Virus record (IMG/VR): IMGVR_UViG_3300027793_000078
Coordinates: 14,478-78,477 of that record
Direction: 5' to 3' (one strand)
DNA length: 64,000 nt
Origin: a virus
In this document: positions 46,407-56,635 of the stretch, piece after piece
Numbering within the stretch: position 1 is the stretch's first letter
Layout of the letters: each line of letters opens with the position of its first letter
Notes under the pieces: model-generated
The model's input: the letters and a program-made list of their open reading frames with translations, nothing else
What the model was told of the DNA's origin: nothing
The model's database searches: none
Program-made: the position numbers and the translations under genes

Positions 46407-47261
46407 TATGAATGAATTTTATAAATTTGCATCTATACATCCAATTTTGACATTTTTGATTGTGTTGGTAGTAACGAAAATGGTAGTACAGTGTTGTGCT
46501 ATTATTTTCAATAGAGACTAACCCAACGAAGAATAAATTATGATTTACGCCATAACTCAATTTGTCAATTTTGACGTTGAGAAAGAGCGAGAAAGATTAA
46601 ATAGTTGTTTTGAAGACGATGTTCTTCATAGACAATTGCATATTTTTCAACTTTTTCTTGACGGCAACTATGACGAGTGCTATAAGTGTATAGCATTGCT
46701 ACCATACGATAAAGAAAACGAATGCGATGAAGCTGAATACGTTTGTCCGTTCATTTTTGAATGTATGCGTAGTATTAAAGAAATTCCAAATGTAAGAATT
46801 GAACCTATACATGAATCCGAATCCACAAGTTCAGAAGCCAAAGGTTGACAATCATGGTCATTTTTTGCAACTATTGATTGATTATCCTCCGCAATATAAG
46901 ATCGGTGATTATGTGAAATATTACCTAAAAGGTGGTTCAATTACATATCGTGGATATGTAACTTGTCGTGTATTTAACGAACGAGAAAAGACATGGAAGT
47001 ACACAATTAAAGATTCACATGCATATACAATTGATGATTGTGTTGTATTGGGATATGCGAATGAATGAACATACACGTAGCTGAAGAAATAAGAAACAAA
47101 TATCCTAATATGGAATTTCGTGGCAAACCACGATCCATAAAGAATAGAACTGTAATAGAAGCAATCAATCAAGCTACAAACATGAATTTCTATTATAGTT
47201 TTGATGAAGATTTCTTTTGGTTCACCAATTGTGAAATTCCTGATTGGAAGATGGAGAAAGT

Positions 47262-47510
47262 GTGACACACTATTGTTATTTGCTTGTATGCAGTGACAAT
47301 ACGTTGTATTGTGGATATACAAACAATCTAAACAAAAGAATTGCCGCGCACAACAAGGGCAAAGGCGCCAAATATACAAAAACACGATTGCCTGTTAAAT
47401 TGGTATATAGTGAAGTTTTTGACAATAAAAGCGAGGCCATGAAACGTGAGTGGCAAATCAAACAATACACTAGAAAAGAAAAACTAAAACTAATCAATGA
47501 TTACAAATAA
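47262..47510 (+). CDS. GIY-YIG nuclease (YhbQ-like)
   Basis: [16 protein letters not shown]...HN.GKGAKYT. Confidence 0.88.
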   Translation: MTHYCYLLVCSDNTLYCGYTNNLNKRIAAHNKGKGAKYTKTRLPVKLVYSEVFDNKSEAMKREWQIKQYTRKEKLKLINDYK

Positions 47511-47873
47511 ATTTTTTCTAACACTAGCTAGAACAATAGATCATCGTGTCGGAACCACAGATGATTGTAAACCTGATATTCCTGCGTTACCCATCAAATA
47601 TGCACTTGCCAGTTTTTTCATTCGATTTATACTGGTAATGTTTAATTTTATTGTTGGCGTATTTGTAATTTCAAGTATTATTCATCATTGGTAAAATTAT
47701 GAACATTAACTTTGAATGGCGTCTTAATGCACGTAATGGTGGCGGACTTTTCGTTGGCATTAAACTACATTTTCCAACCAGTTTGTGTGATGATGACGAT
47801 TGTAAAAAAGAATGGAAAAATGTATTGATTCAAATTGGACTTATTGTATATACAGTTAATATTAATATAGATT

Positions 47874-48437
47874 ATGCACACAAGTACGTTGAAACTAATT
47901 GATCAAGCAATGGCACTCGGCACTGATGTTTACAAGGTTGCCGTTGAATTGCTTGAGGATACGCGATTTGATATATGGTCGGGTAGCAGTAAACCCGAAC
48001 AACACCATTATGGTACAAATGGACTAACTATTCATACACATGAAGTAATGGTGCTTGCATTTAATGCCAAATACGATCTTAAATTGGATATTGATCCTAT
48101 TGAATTGTATTTGTCAATATTGTTTCATGACAGCGGTAAATTATATGATTATATAACAGTGGATAATATACATTTTGCATCTGCACCACACAAACGACTG
48201 ATTCATCATATTAGCCGTAGTGGTTTAATTTGGCACGATGCATCTACCATTGTTCCACAAATTCATGATAAATATCATGATGCTGTATTGCACAATATTC
48301 TGGCACATCACGGTCGCCGTGAATGGGGAAGTCCCGTAATGCCAAAAACCAAAGCGGCATGGTTATTGCATCTTTGCGATGGAATTAGTGCCAGAATGAA
48401 CGATTGTGATCGTCTTGATTTTACTAAAATTCCGTAG
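47874..48437 (+). CDS. HD-domain phosphohydrolase (YhaM-like HD)
   Basis: HHY...GL..HT...HDSGK...H.ILAHHG..EWGSP...HLCD. Confidence 0.8.
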   Translation: MHTSTLKLIDQAMALGTDVYKVAVELLEDTRFDIWSGSSKPEQHHYGTNGLTIHTHEVMVLAFNAKYDLKLDIDPIELYLSILFHDSGKLYDYITVDNIHFASAPHKRLIHHISRSGLIWHDASTIVPQIHDKYHDAVLHNILAHHGRREWGSPVMPKTKAAWLLHLCDGISARMNDCDRLDFTKIP

Positions 48438-48492
48438 TAGAAAGGTGTTGACTTGAGAAAACGGTCATGGTAGATTAAACGACGTAAAATTT

Positions 48493-49287
48493 ATGAACTA
48501 TACTAAACTAGGAAACGATATTGTTGAGTGGATTAATAATTATGCCATTAATGCCAATATCAAGTCATTGGTAATTGGTGTAAGTGGTGGTGTGGACAGT
48601 GGATTGGTTAGCACACTGTGTGCCCGAACTGGATTGCGAACAATTGCAGTAAGTATGCCAATCGATCAGGAATCAAATCAATTGAAACGTGCTCGCAATC
48701 ATTGTAATTGGCTTGATAATAATTTTGCCAATGTTCAAACTTTCGAAATTAATTTGTCGCAAACTTATGATGTCTTTAAAGACGCGATGACATATCCAAA
48801 AGATTTCACTAATGCGCTTGGCTTGGCTAATAGCAAGAGCCGCCTTCGCATGGTAACTCTTTATCAGATTGCTAGTTATAGAAACGGGTTGGTTGTTGGA
48901 ACTGGCAATAAAGTTGAAGATTTTGGTGTTGGATTTTATACCAAATATGGTGATGGTGGTGTTGATATTAGTCCAATTGCTGATTTGACCAAGAGTGAAG
49001 TGCGAAATCTTGCAAAAGAACTTGGAATTATTGATGAAATTGTCAATGCTGTGCCTACTGATGGTCTTTGGGAAGATAATCGTAGCGACGAAGACCAAAT
49101 TGGTGCTTCGTATGAAGAGCTTGAATGGGCGATGGAGTTTAATGAACTATTGCAGACTCACGGATATAAAATTGAAGAATGCACCGCCCGTGAACTGGAA
49201 GTATTGAAGATTTACAATAAATTCAATATTCAAAACAAGCATAAGATGGTTCCAATTCCAACATTTAAAAAGAACAATGAATACTAA
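48493..49287 (+). CDS. nadE: NH3-dependent NAD+ synthetase
   Basis: GVSGGVDS, N.KSRLRM, GTGN, GFYTKYGDGG, PTDGLW...DE. Confidence 0.93.
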   Translation: MNYTKLGNDIVEWINNYAINANIKSLVIGVSGGVDSGLVSTLCARTGLRTIAVSMPIDQESNQLKRARNHCNWLDNNFANVQTFEINLSQTYDVFKDAMTYPKDFTNALGLANSKSRLRMVTLYQIASYRNGLVVGTGNKVEDFGVGFYTKYGDGGVDISPIADLTKSEVRNLAKELGIIDEIVNAVPTDGLWEDNRSDEDQIGASYEELEWAMEFNELLQTHGYKIEECTARELEVLKIYNKFNIQNKHKMVPIPTFKKNNEY

Positions 49288-49525
49288 TTATAAACGCGCA
49301 GTGGTAATTACCCGGCAACATCCAAAGCTGAATTTTGGACAGACTCTAAATGTACTGGAGTCAAATAAAACAAATGCAGTGGTTCGTTCTGATGGAGACT
49401 CTGCAAAATACACCGTTGATATTTCGGAAATTTGGTTTTCTGAACGGTCAACTGACTATGGAGCATACAACAATGCTGTAGAAAAAATCAAAGGTTGGCC
49501 GTGGCAACATCCTTAATATGATACA

Positions 49526-49750
49526 TTGATGCGCTACGATAGAGTTTACAATAAAACCATTGAAGAATTGGTTGAATTAGCTGCTGTAATGATACAACAG
49601 CGAAATAAACGCTATCGTAATCATACAGAAAAAATTGAGGAAGAAATTGCTGACGTTTATTGTTGGCTGGATAAGTTAAAAGAACGATTCGATCAAAACA
49701 AAATAAAAAAACGAATCGACTATAAACGCAGAAAAAACAAATTAAAATGA
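49526..49750 (+). CDS. MazG-like NTP pyrophosphatase
   Basis: EELVEL...EEEIADV. Confidence 0.6.
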   Translation: MMRYDRVYNKTIEELVELAAVMIQQRNKRYRNHTEKIEEEIADVYCWLDKLKERFDQNKIKKRIDYKRRKNKLK

Positions 49751-49778
49751 AAAAGGGACTCGCACAACGAGTCCCTTT
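49751..49778 (+). terminator. Terminator hairpin
   Basis: AAAGGGACTCG/CGAGTCCCTTT. Confidence 0.75.
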
Positions 49779-49790
49779 CTATTTATATGC

Positions 49791-50258
49791 ATGAATAAAA
49801 CAAAATGTGCATTTACATTGGTAGAGTTATTATTGACCGTAATTATACTAATGTTATTTTCTGCGGCAATTGTTTATACATTCAATAACAATACAGATAA
49901 AATACAATATGATGAAGCCAAACAGCAGTTGAAATCATATTTGATGTATAACAAATACAAATCACTGAACAATCAGAATGTTAATAAAATAACAATTGAT
50001 GCGCAACAAAATATAATTAATTCACCTATAGACAATGAAATAACGTGGTTAATTGATTTTAAGGACGATATAAAAATAATAGATTGTTCATTTACTAATA
50101 TTGTTTTTCAACCAGATGGAACAAGTGACGAAGCATATATTGATATAATCAGCAACGACGGAATATATAGTAATAGAATAAATATAACAAGTTTGGGTAC
50201 TGTAAACATTACGGAATTAGTTGTTACAAATGATTTTACTCCAGATGAAATTGAATGA
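49791..50258 (+). CDS. Prepilin/pseudopilin-like protein (GspH/FimT-like)
   Basis: K.AFTLVELL + hydrophobic helix; IVFQPDG; TATTTATA at 49780. Confidence 0.75.
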   Translation: MNKTKCAFTLVELLLTVIILMLFSAAIVYTFNNNTDKIQYDEAKQQLKSYLMYNKYKSLNNQNVNKITIDAQQNIINSPIDNEITWLIDFKDDIKIIDCSFTNIVFQPDGTSDEAYIDIISNDGIYSNRINITSLGTVNITELVVTNDFTPDEIE

Positions 50259-50708
50259 CAAGTGTCTTGACATTGTGCGATGTTGCTCTATGATTGACCC
50301 ATTGAATATGAACAAATTTAGAATTACTTGGCTTGATTTCTTTGGTGTAATGGTCGATATTGCTTTTATGTCAATTCGCCCACTTTTGTTTTGGGTTGTA
50401 TGGAATTATGGTGTTGCAGAAAACACCAATATTTCCAGATTGGATCTTTTACAAGTTATCAGTATTATTGTAATTTTCCATATTTTGGTTTCGTATGTGC
50501 CACTGCATATGTTCAAACCCACTGACAGTGAATGAACCATGGTCAATTGAATGGGTGGAAAAAACATTAAACTCATTTAATATTCCCGGCGAAATGGAAT
50601 GGGATAAATGTGATGTTTGTAACGTACCAACACACATTCATGTTGCAAAATGGACATTAATAGATAATGTAACAGTTCTACTCTGTAAACAATGTCAAAA
50701 TAAATTTT

Positions 50709-50882
50709 ATGCTAACTCCCTTTGAAATCTTGCTCGTTATCGCAATTATCACTTTAGTTGTAATTTTGGTCATTTATATTCTTCGTAAATGTCCGTCTTG
50801 CGGTAGTGGTGACATCACTGATTTTGATTGCGATTGGAGTAGCAGTGATAGTAGTGACAGTGGAAGTGATAGCAGCGATTAA
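50709..50882 (+). CDS. Small membrane protein with Ser/Asp-rich tail (not in ORF track)
   Basis: MLTPFEILLVIAIITLVVILVIYILRKCPSCGSGD...SSSDSSDSGSDSSD. Confidence 0.55.
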   Translation: MLTPFEILLVIAIITLVVILVIYILRKCPSCGSGDITDFDCDWSSSDSSDSGSDSSD

Positions 50883-51034
50883 AAAATAATTATGATGCTG
50901 CGTAGGTTCGTCTCGGTAGAGAAACGAGTGGCACTGCAAAAAACTCGCTCGTCACAAAGAAAGCTGTTGACTTGGTACTGAATTCTCCGTAGAGTGGTTG
51001 GCGTCGAAAGTAAAACACCGTATGTAATATAATT

Positions 51035-51973
51035 ATGAAGTTTAAAAATCTGTTTATTATCACCGTTTTGGGAATTGCAATGGCTACCGAGCCTCTTATG
51101 GCGCGTCCATTTAGTAGCCGGGGAAATGGTTCTAGTTCTAGTTCCAGCCGCAGTAGTGGCTCTAGTTCCAGCCGCAGTTTTAGTAGCGGTAGTTCTAGTC
51201 GCTCTAGTTCTTCCAGTACCAAGAGTTCTGGAAGCAGTGGGTGGGGAAGTAGCAAGTCTTCATCTCCAAAGGCACCTGCGCCATCTTCGTCATCTAGTTC
51301 TAGTGGATGGGGAAGCAGCAGCAAGAATTCTAGCAGTTTTAGCGGTGGATCGTCTGATAATAAGAGCAAGTCTAGCGGATGGTCTTCAAGTGATTCCTCT
51401 AAGTCCGTTGAAAAGAAGTCAAGTGGATGGGGAACTTCTTCTAGTTCCACTTGGGGAAATAGTCAGAAATTGACTGATTCTAGTGGTTCTACCAGTTACA
51501 AGGCACCTAGCAAGGGTGACATTGCATTGGAGCGCAAGGCTATCCAGAGTGGAACTGCATATAAGACCAAGGATGCCGCAATGAGCGACTTCAAGACCAA
51601 ATATGCAGATAAGTATCCTACCAAGTTTAATTCTGAACCTACTGTGCGTCCCGATTATATTCCTCGCACCTATAGCAATGGCGGTAGTACATATAATATT
51701 GTTTATAATAGTGGATTTGGTGGATATGGATATTACAATACACTTGGTGCATGGATTGCGTATGATATTATGTCTGATGCTATGATGATGAATAGTCTGA
51801 TGCATCATCATAACTATCATTATCCTTCGGCACCTTATGTTGGTGGTGGCGGCACTACCGTAGTGCATACTACCAGCAGTGGCATTGGATTCTTTTGGGG
51901 ATTTATGATGGTTCTTGCAACTATGTTTGTGATCTTTTTGATTGCATGGGCTATTGCTGCAAAGACTGATTAA
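51035..51973 (+). CDS. Exported Ser/Gly-rich membrane-anchored protein
   Basis: Signal peptide, repeated SSGW, C-terminal TM; own sigma70 promoter. Confidence 0.7.
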   Translation: MKFKNLFIITVLGIAMATEPLMARPFSSRGNGSSSSSSRSSGSSSSRSFSSGSSSRSSSSSTKSSGSSGWGSSKSSSPKAPAPSSSSSSSGWGSSSKNSSSFSGGSSDNKSKSSGWSSSDSSKSVEKKSSGWGTSSSSTWGNSQKLTDSSGSTSYKAPSKGDIALERKAIQSGTAYKTKDAAMSDFKTKYADKYPTKFNSEPTVRPDYIPRTYSNGGSTYNIVYNSGFGGYGYYNTLGAWIAYDIMSDAMMMNSLMHHHNYHYPSAPYVGGGGTTVVHTTSSGIGFFWGFMMVLATMFVIFLIAWAIAAKTD

Positions 51974-52004
51974 TCACAAATAAAACAACAGTTAAAATAT
52001 AATT

Positions 52005-52610
52005 ATGAAAATTAAGAATTGGCTTAGTGTCAAGAATGGTGACAAGGTGAAGATTCGTGGAGAAAAGGTTGAAATTATCAACAGTCTTCAGGTAAAGGAA
52101 AGCAACAATCTTGCCACGTTTGTATTGCTCAAGATGCGTGAGGCAAATGGTGAATTTTATTTATTTGCACGTATTGTTGATGAAAATGTTGATGTTCGCA
52201 TTTTCAATGAAATTCATTGGTTGGGAGTTGGTGATCGTGGTCGTTTGCTGAATGAGGGAAATAATCGCCTTTTTCAGGCTCCTCAGTCTGAAAATTGGGT
52301 TCCTGCCGATCTTGAATGGACCGAAAGTTTTGAATTTCACATTGATGGAAAGGATGTTGGCTTTAATAAGAAGTTCATTTCTTATGGTGAAGCAACTGAG
52401 CGTCCAAAGACCACTGGAATTGATGTTAGTTTTGCGACCGTAGTCGAATACAATGCCGTATCGCAGGTTCCAAATCCAGAAATTGTAATTTTGGAGCTTG
52501 GTGGTATTGATCCTGATGGCAACAAGGTGCCAACCGGTGGACTTGTGATTCCATTGGAGGGTTATTGCATCAATAACAGCGAAGTGGAAACCGTTGGGTG
52601 GTTTTTCTGA
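52005..52610 (+). CDS. Hypothetical protein, cotranscribed with Ser-rich protein
   Basis: Same codon style; followed by terminator. Confidence 0.6.
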   Translation: MKIKNWLSVKNGDKVKIRGEKVEIINSLQVKESNNLATFVLLKMREANGEFYLFARIVDENVDVRIFNEIHWLGVGDRGRLLNEGNNRLFQAPQSENWVPADLEWTESFEFHIDGKDVGFNKKFISYGEATERPKTTGIDVSFATVVEYNAVSQVPNPEIVILELGGIDPDGNKVPTGGLVIPLEGYCINNSEVETVGWFF

Positions 52611-52623
52611 AGCATGGGTAAGC

Positions 52624-52653
52624 AAAGCCTCCCTGAAAAAGGGAGGCTTTTTT
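52624..52653 (+). terminator. Rho-independent terminator
   Basis: AAAGCCTCCCT/AGGGAGGCTTT + T tract. Confidence 0.88.
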
Positions 52654-52816
52654 GTTGACATCGTGCGTCACAGTAGCTAGTCTATGCACATGAAAATTAT
52701 TGCTACCCTGTTGATTATTGTCATGGCTACCGGATGCAAAGACGATGCCAAATGGAACAAAAAGCCAAAGCGTACCAACAATAAGCATCAACTGTATTTC
52801 TAACAAATATAAAATT

Positions 52817-53035
52817 ATGAACAACAACGACAAAAACAAAAATAAAAAGGACACGAACAATCGCCGTAGCAACAATGATTCCTATATGAATAGTAGTTTG
52901 AATGATTCTAATTCTATTATTGGAATAGTATCAGCAATGTCGGATAGTTCCAGTGATTATGGATCTTCATCTGATTATGGATCTTCATCTGATTGTGGAT
53001 CTTCTGATTCCGGTGGTAGTTGTGGATGTGATTAA
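52817..53035 (+). CDS. Low-complexity protein with SSDYG tandem repeats
   Basis: 18-nt repeat TGATTATGGATCTTCATC x2.5. Confidence 0.5.
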   Translation: MNNNDKNKNKKDTNNRRSNNDSYMNSSLNDSNSIIGIVSAMSDSSSDYGSSSDYGSSSDCGSSDSGGSCGCD

Positions 53036-53037
53036 AA

Positions 53038-53874
53038 ATGAAAACCAAGTGCCATTGGATCATTGAAAACTTCACAGAAGCAGAAGACATGTTTCTGATG
53101 ATTCAAGCTGTGAAGGATGCCGAGCAACCATTGACCATTATTGGTCGAAAGAATGGGTTTGAATACAAACATATTGCGTTCGACGATGAATGTATATTGT
53201 TTCACGGCAGCATCCAAATGGCAAAATTGGTAAATAATCATTTGAAGAATCGGGGATGTTATCCTATTATCTGGGATGATAATGTCAAGTTTGAATGCAC
53301 TGCTTATTATCCCAAATTCAAACATTTGTTGTTCAATGACAATTATGAGTTTCTGACGGTGGAATCATTGAAAGCCAACAAATGGGAGGTTTATCAAACA
53401 TATGCCAAAGAAGCAATGATTTTCATTCGCCCTAGCGGCGGCGAAAAGAGTTTTGCGGGTCAATTGCTTGATTTACAGGATTTTGATAGATTCTTTTCCA
53501 ATAATATTGTTTGTAATGCCAATGACACTGATATCGTAGTTGTTAGTACACCAAAAAATGTAATTGGTGAATGGCGATATATTGTTACCAGCGAAAAGAA
53601 AATTATTGCCAAGAGTTGTTATAGATATCAAGGTAAGATAACCAGTATTCCAAGTGCTCCAATTGGAGCAACAGAACTGGTCGAAAAGGTTCTTGACGTA
53701 GGATACTATCCTGCTAAAATGTTTGCCGCTGATGTTTGTATGGACAATGACGGTAATTTCTGGTTGATGGAATTCAACAGTTTCAATAGTTGTGGATTGT
53801 ATTCTTGCAACAAACGTGCAATTGTAGACGAAGCAACACGGTTGGCGATTGAATCATTTAATACAAAAACGTAA
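53038..53874 (+). CDS. ATP-grasp domain protein (DUF4343/R2K-like)
   Basis: FIRP....KSF.G...EWR...D......LME.N.F...GLY. Confidence 0.75.
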   Translation: MKTKCHWIIENFTEAEDMFLMIQAVKDAEQPLTIIGRKNGFEYKHIAFDDECILFHGSIQMAKLVNNHLKNRGCYPIIWDDNVKFECTAYYPKFKHLLFNDNYEFLTVESLKANKWEVYQTYAKEAMIFIRPSGGEKSFAGQLLDLQDFDRFFSNNIVCNANDTDIVVVSTPKNVIGEWRYIVTSEKKIIAKSCYRYQGKITSIPSAPIGATELVEKVLDVGYYPAKMFAADVCMDNDGNFWLMEFNSFNSCGLYSCNKRAIVDEATRLAIESFNTKT

Positions 53875-54215
53875 TGAATTATGCGATTATTGGCAGTCGA
53901 ACATTTCAAAACTATGAAATGCTAAAAATAGTCTGTAATAGACTCGTAAGAGAAACTGATACTATTGTTAGTGGCGCTGCAAGCGGTGCAGATATTCTTG
54001 GAAAGCAATATGCAATTGAAAGAAAACTCAATTATATTGAATTTCCTGCTGATTGGAATAAATATGGCAAACGTGCTGGCTTTATTCGCAATCAAGAAAT
54101 AATTGACAACAGCGATTTTGTTATCGCATTTTGGGACGGAGTAAGTAACGGTACAAAAAACTCACTAGAATTAGCAAAATTAGACAAAATACCAACATTA
54201 ATTATCTATTTTTAA
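53874..54215 (+). CDS. SLOG-family protein (DUF2493/YspA-like)
   Basis: IIGSR.F...IVSGAA.GAD...ADW..YGKRAG.IRN...AFWDG.S.GT. Confidence 0.85.
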   Translation: MNYAIIGSRTFQNYEMLKIVCNRLVRETDTIVSGAASGADILGKQYAIERKLNYIEFPADWNKYGKRAGFIRNQEIIDNSDFVIAFWDGVSNGTKNSLELAKLDKIPTLIIYF

Positions 54216-54220
54216 CATAT

Positions 54221-54631
54221 ATGAATAATGATATTATCAATAAACTGACTGAGCAAACCGCAATCGTAAGCAAGCTAAAGGATGAAGCAAAAGAAGAATT
54301 TTTTGCAAATCTAAAGCAATTGTTTACTGACAATCCAACTTTGCAAAAAATTAAAATTCTGATCAATAATCATGAATTTAATGATGGCAGCCCAACGAAT
54401 TTTAGTCTTTATTATGAAGATGTAGAAATCACAGACACTGAATCTAATACAGTCGAAAGAAACGATTATGGATCTAGTGATCCTGATCGCAATCGTTCTC
54501 ACCCGCTGGTGAAAGCCGTATATGATCTTTTTGAAAAATATGATGTCTCTGATTTATACGAACGTATTTTTGGTGATAACTATGATAGTTATCTCGAAAT
54601 TACTCAACACAATATCTCTGATTACAAGTAA
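54221..54631 (+). CDS. Acidic hypothetical protein (FNDG family)
   Basis: LF..NP.L...EFNDG...IFGD. Confidence 0.55.
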   Translation: MNNDIINKLTEQTAIVSKLKDEAKEEFFANLKQLFTDNPTLQKIKILINNHEFNDGSPTNFSLYYEDVEITDTESNTVERNDYGSSDPDRNRSHPLVKAVYDLFEKYDVSDLYERIFGDNYDSYLEITQHNISDYK

Positions 54632-54653
54632 AAACAAATAAATAAACAAATAT

Positions 54654-55277
54654 ATGATTACTACATTTCTTGAGTTATTCGCAATTGGTGGAATTCTATT
54701 TTGGATTACACTGGCGACTATTGTTTTCACTCTTACCGTTCTCAATGATCGCGATTGTCATTTTACCAAGCTGTGTTTGCTTGCTGGTATTGTAACATTG
54801 TTTTGGCCTAGTGTCAAAACTCTAAGCGGAACACAACTTTCTGTTGTTGTTATCAGTTATTTTGCTATTGGTATTGTCTACTCGTTTATTCGATGGTTTA
54901 ATAACGTCAATAATACAATTGCTAAATATAGCAATTTGCTAAAGAAGCTCGCGATTACTGATTTGAATAGCATTGAATCAAATATTGATAAGATTGGCAA
55001 ACAAATTAATAATTTGGATCTTGTAGATCGTCATCAGCGTGATGAAGCATATTTCCAACGTCATAAGGAATTAAGTGACGATTATAAGCAGTTGCGTGAT
55101 ATTAAGTATAGCATTACTCCAAACGAGAACAAGGCGACTCTGTATAATTGGATTTTTCACTGGCCTTGGAGTATTCTTCGATTCTTTACAGCCGATCTTG
55201 TTGAATCACTTTATCAGTTGAGCAAGAATCAATATAAGAATATTGTAAACCACTTGTTGCTAAAGAATCTGAACTAA
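54654..55277 (+). CDS. Membrane protein
   Basis: Three TM segments; WI..WPWS. Confidence 0.6.
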   Translation: MITTFLELFAIGGILFWITLATIVFTLTVLNDRDCHFTKLCLLAGIVTLFWPSVKTLSGTQLSVVVISYFAIGIVYSFIRWFNNVNNTIAKYSNLLKKLAITDLNSIESNIDKIGKQINNLDLVDRHQRDEAYFQRHKELSDDYKQLRDIKYSITPNENKATLYNWIFHWPWSILRFFTADLVESLYQLSKNQYKNIVNHLLLKNLN

Positions 55278-55341
55278 AAGAGTTGACTATATCAGAGACA
55301 ACGTCTAACATCTAATCGTGTTAGGCGTTTTTTATTGAATT

Positions 55342-56631
55342 ATGAAAATCAAACAAGTTTATATTTTTGGAGGAGGAACTGTTGCTCACATTGCCAATCA
55401 TTTTGCTGTTTGTGCGCCTGCATATGGCACAACTGCCAAAACGTTGCGCCATATCATGGAATATGACAAACGATTTGACAATATGCGGGTCAATATGGAA
55501 TTGACCAAAATGGCCGGTGGCAATCTTGAAACCAACGAAGATGTTTCCAATCGTATTGAAGAATTGAAGGCTGATTCTCGTACCAAGATCATTTTCTTTA
55601 ATTGTGCTTTGGTTGACTATGCCCCTAGTTTTTACAGAACATATCGCAGAGATGAAGGTGATGCATTTGTAGTTGATAAATCGAATACATTTGATATCGG
55701 TAAATATGAGCTTCGGTTTGATACAACTAGAAATCCTAACATAGATGTTGGATTTCAGGCATCCGATAAAATTATTCCAAATATCCGTAAAGGCCGAAAG
55801 GACATTTTCTTAGTTGGATTCAAGACCACTTGTGGCGCATCCAAACAGGAAATGTATGAAAAAGGCTTGCGTCTTTGCAAGACTGGTAGTGTTAATCTTG
55901 TTTTGGTAAATGATACCAAAACTCATTGGAACATTATTGTGACACCCGAAGAGGCTGCATATCATGAAACAACTGACAGAGAGCAAGTGTTGCGTAATTT
56001 GGTAGATATGGCGTGGCATCGCAGTCATTTGACGTTCACTCAATCCACTGTTGTTGAGGGCAATCCCGTTTCATGGAACGACGCAAGAATTCCTAACAGT
56101 ATTCGCACGGTTGTTAATCATTGTATCAATGGCAATGCTTACAAAGTGTTTAATGGTTCAACAGTTGGACATTTTGCCATTAAACTCAGTGATAATGAGT
56201 TTTTGACAAGCATCCGAAAGAGTAATTTCAATGACTTGGATAAAAATGGAATGGTTTATGTAAAAACTGATGGACCTGATACTGTTTTGGCATATGGTGC
56301 CAAGCCTAGTGTTGGTGGTCAAAGCCAGCGTATTGTATTTAATGACCATGCTGGTATGGATTGTATTGTTCATTTTCATAGTCCTTTCAAGGATAATCAT
56401 ACCGACAATGTTCCTGTTGTTAGCCAGCGTGAAGTTGAATGCGGAAGTCATCAATGTGGAAAAAACACAAGTGATAATTTGAAGCAATTTGGAAATTTGA
56501 AAGCAGTGATGCTTGACAATCATGGTCCAAATATTGTATTCAATCGAAACGTTGACCCTCAAGAGGTGATCGATTTCATTGAACGCAACTTCGACTTGAC
56601 AAAGAAGACTGGAGGCTATAACCTACGCTAA
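55342..56631 (+). CDS. Fusion: CoaB/DFP C-terminal-like domain + class II aldolase-like domain
   Basis: GGGT...A.V.DY...KII..IR...FLVGFK...VLVND; G.FA...FL.S.RK...PS...VHFH...CG...HG. Confidence 0.6.
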   Translation: MKIKQVYIFGGGTVAHIANHFAVCAPAYGTTAKTLRHIMEYDKRFDNMRVNMELTKMAGGNLETNEDVSNRIEELKADSRTKIIFFNCALVDYAPSFYRTYRRDEGDAFVVDKSNTFDIGKYELRFDTTRNPNIDVGFQASDKIIPNIRKGRKDIFLVGFKTTCGASKQEMYEKGLRLCKTGSVNLVLVNDTKTHWNIIVTPEEAAYHETTDREQVLRNLVDMAWHRSHLTFTQSTVVEGNPVSWNDARIPNSIRTVVNHCINGNAYKVFNGSTVGHFAIKLSDNEFLTSIRKSNFNDLDKNGMVYVKTDGPDTVLAYGAKPSVGGQSQRIVFNDHAGMDCIVHFHSPFKDNHTDNVPVVSQREVECGSHQCGKNTSDNLKQFGNLKAVMLDNHGPNIVFNRNVDPQEVIDFIERNFDLTKKTGGYNLR

Positions 56632-56635
56632 TAAA

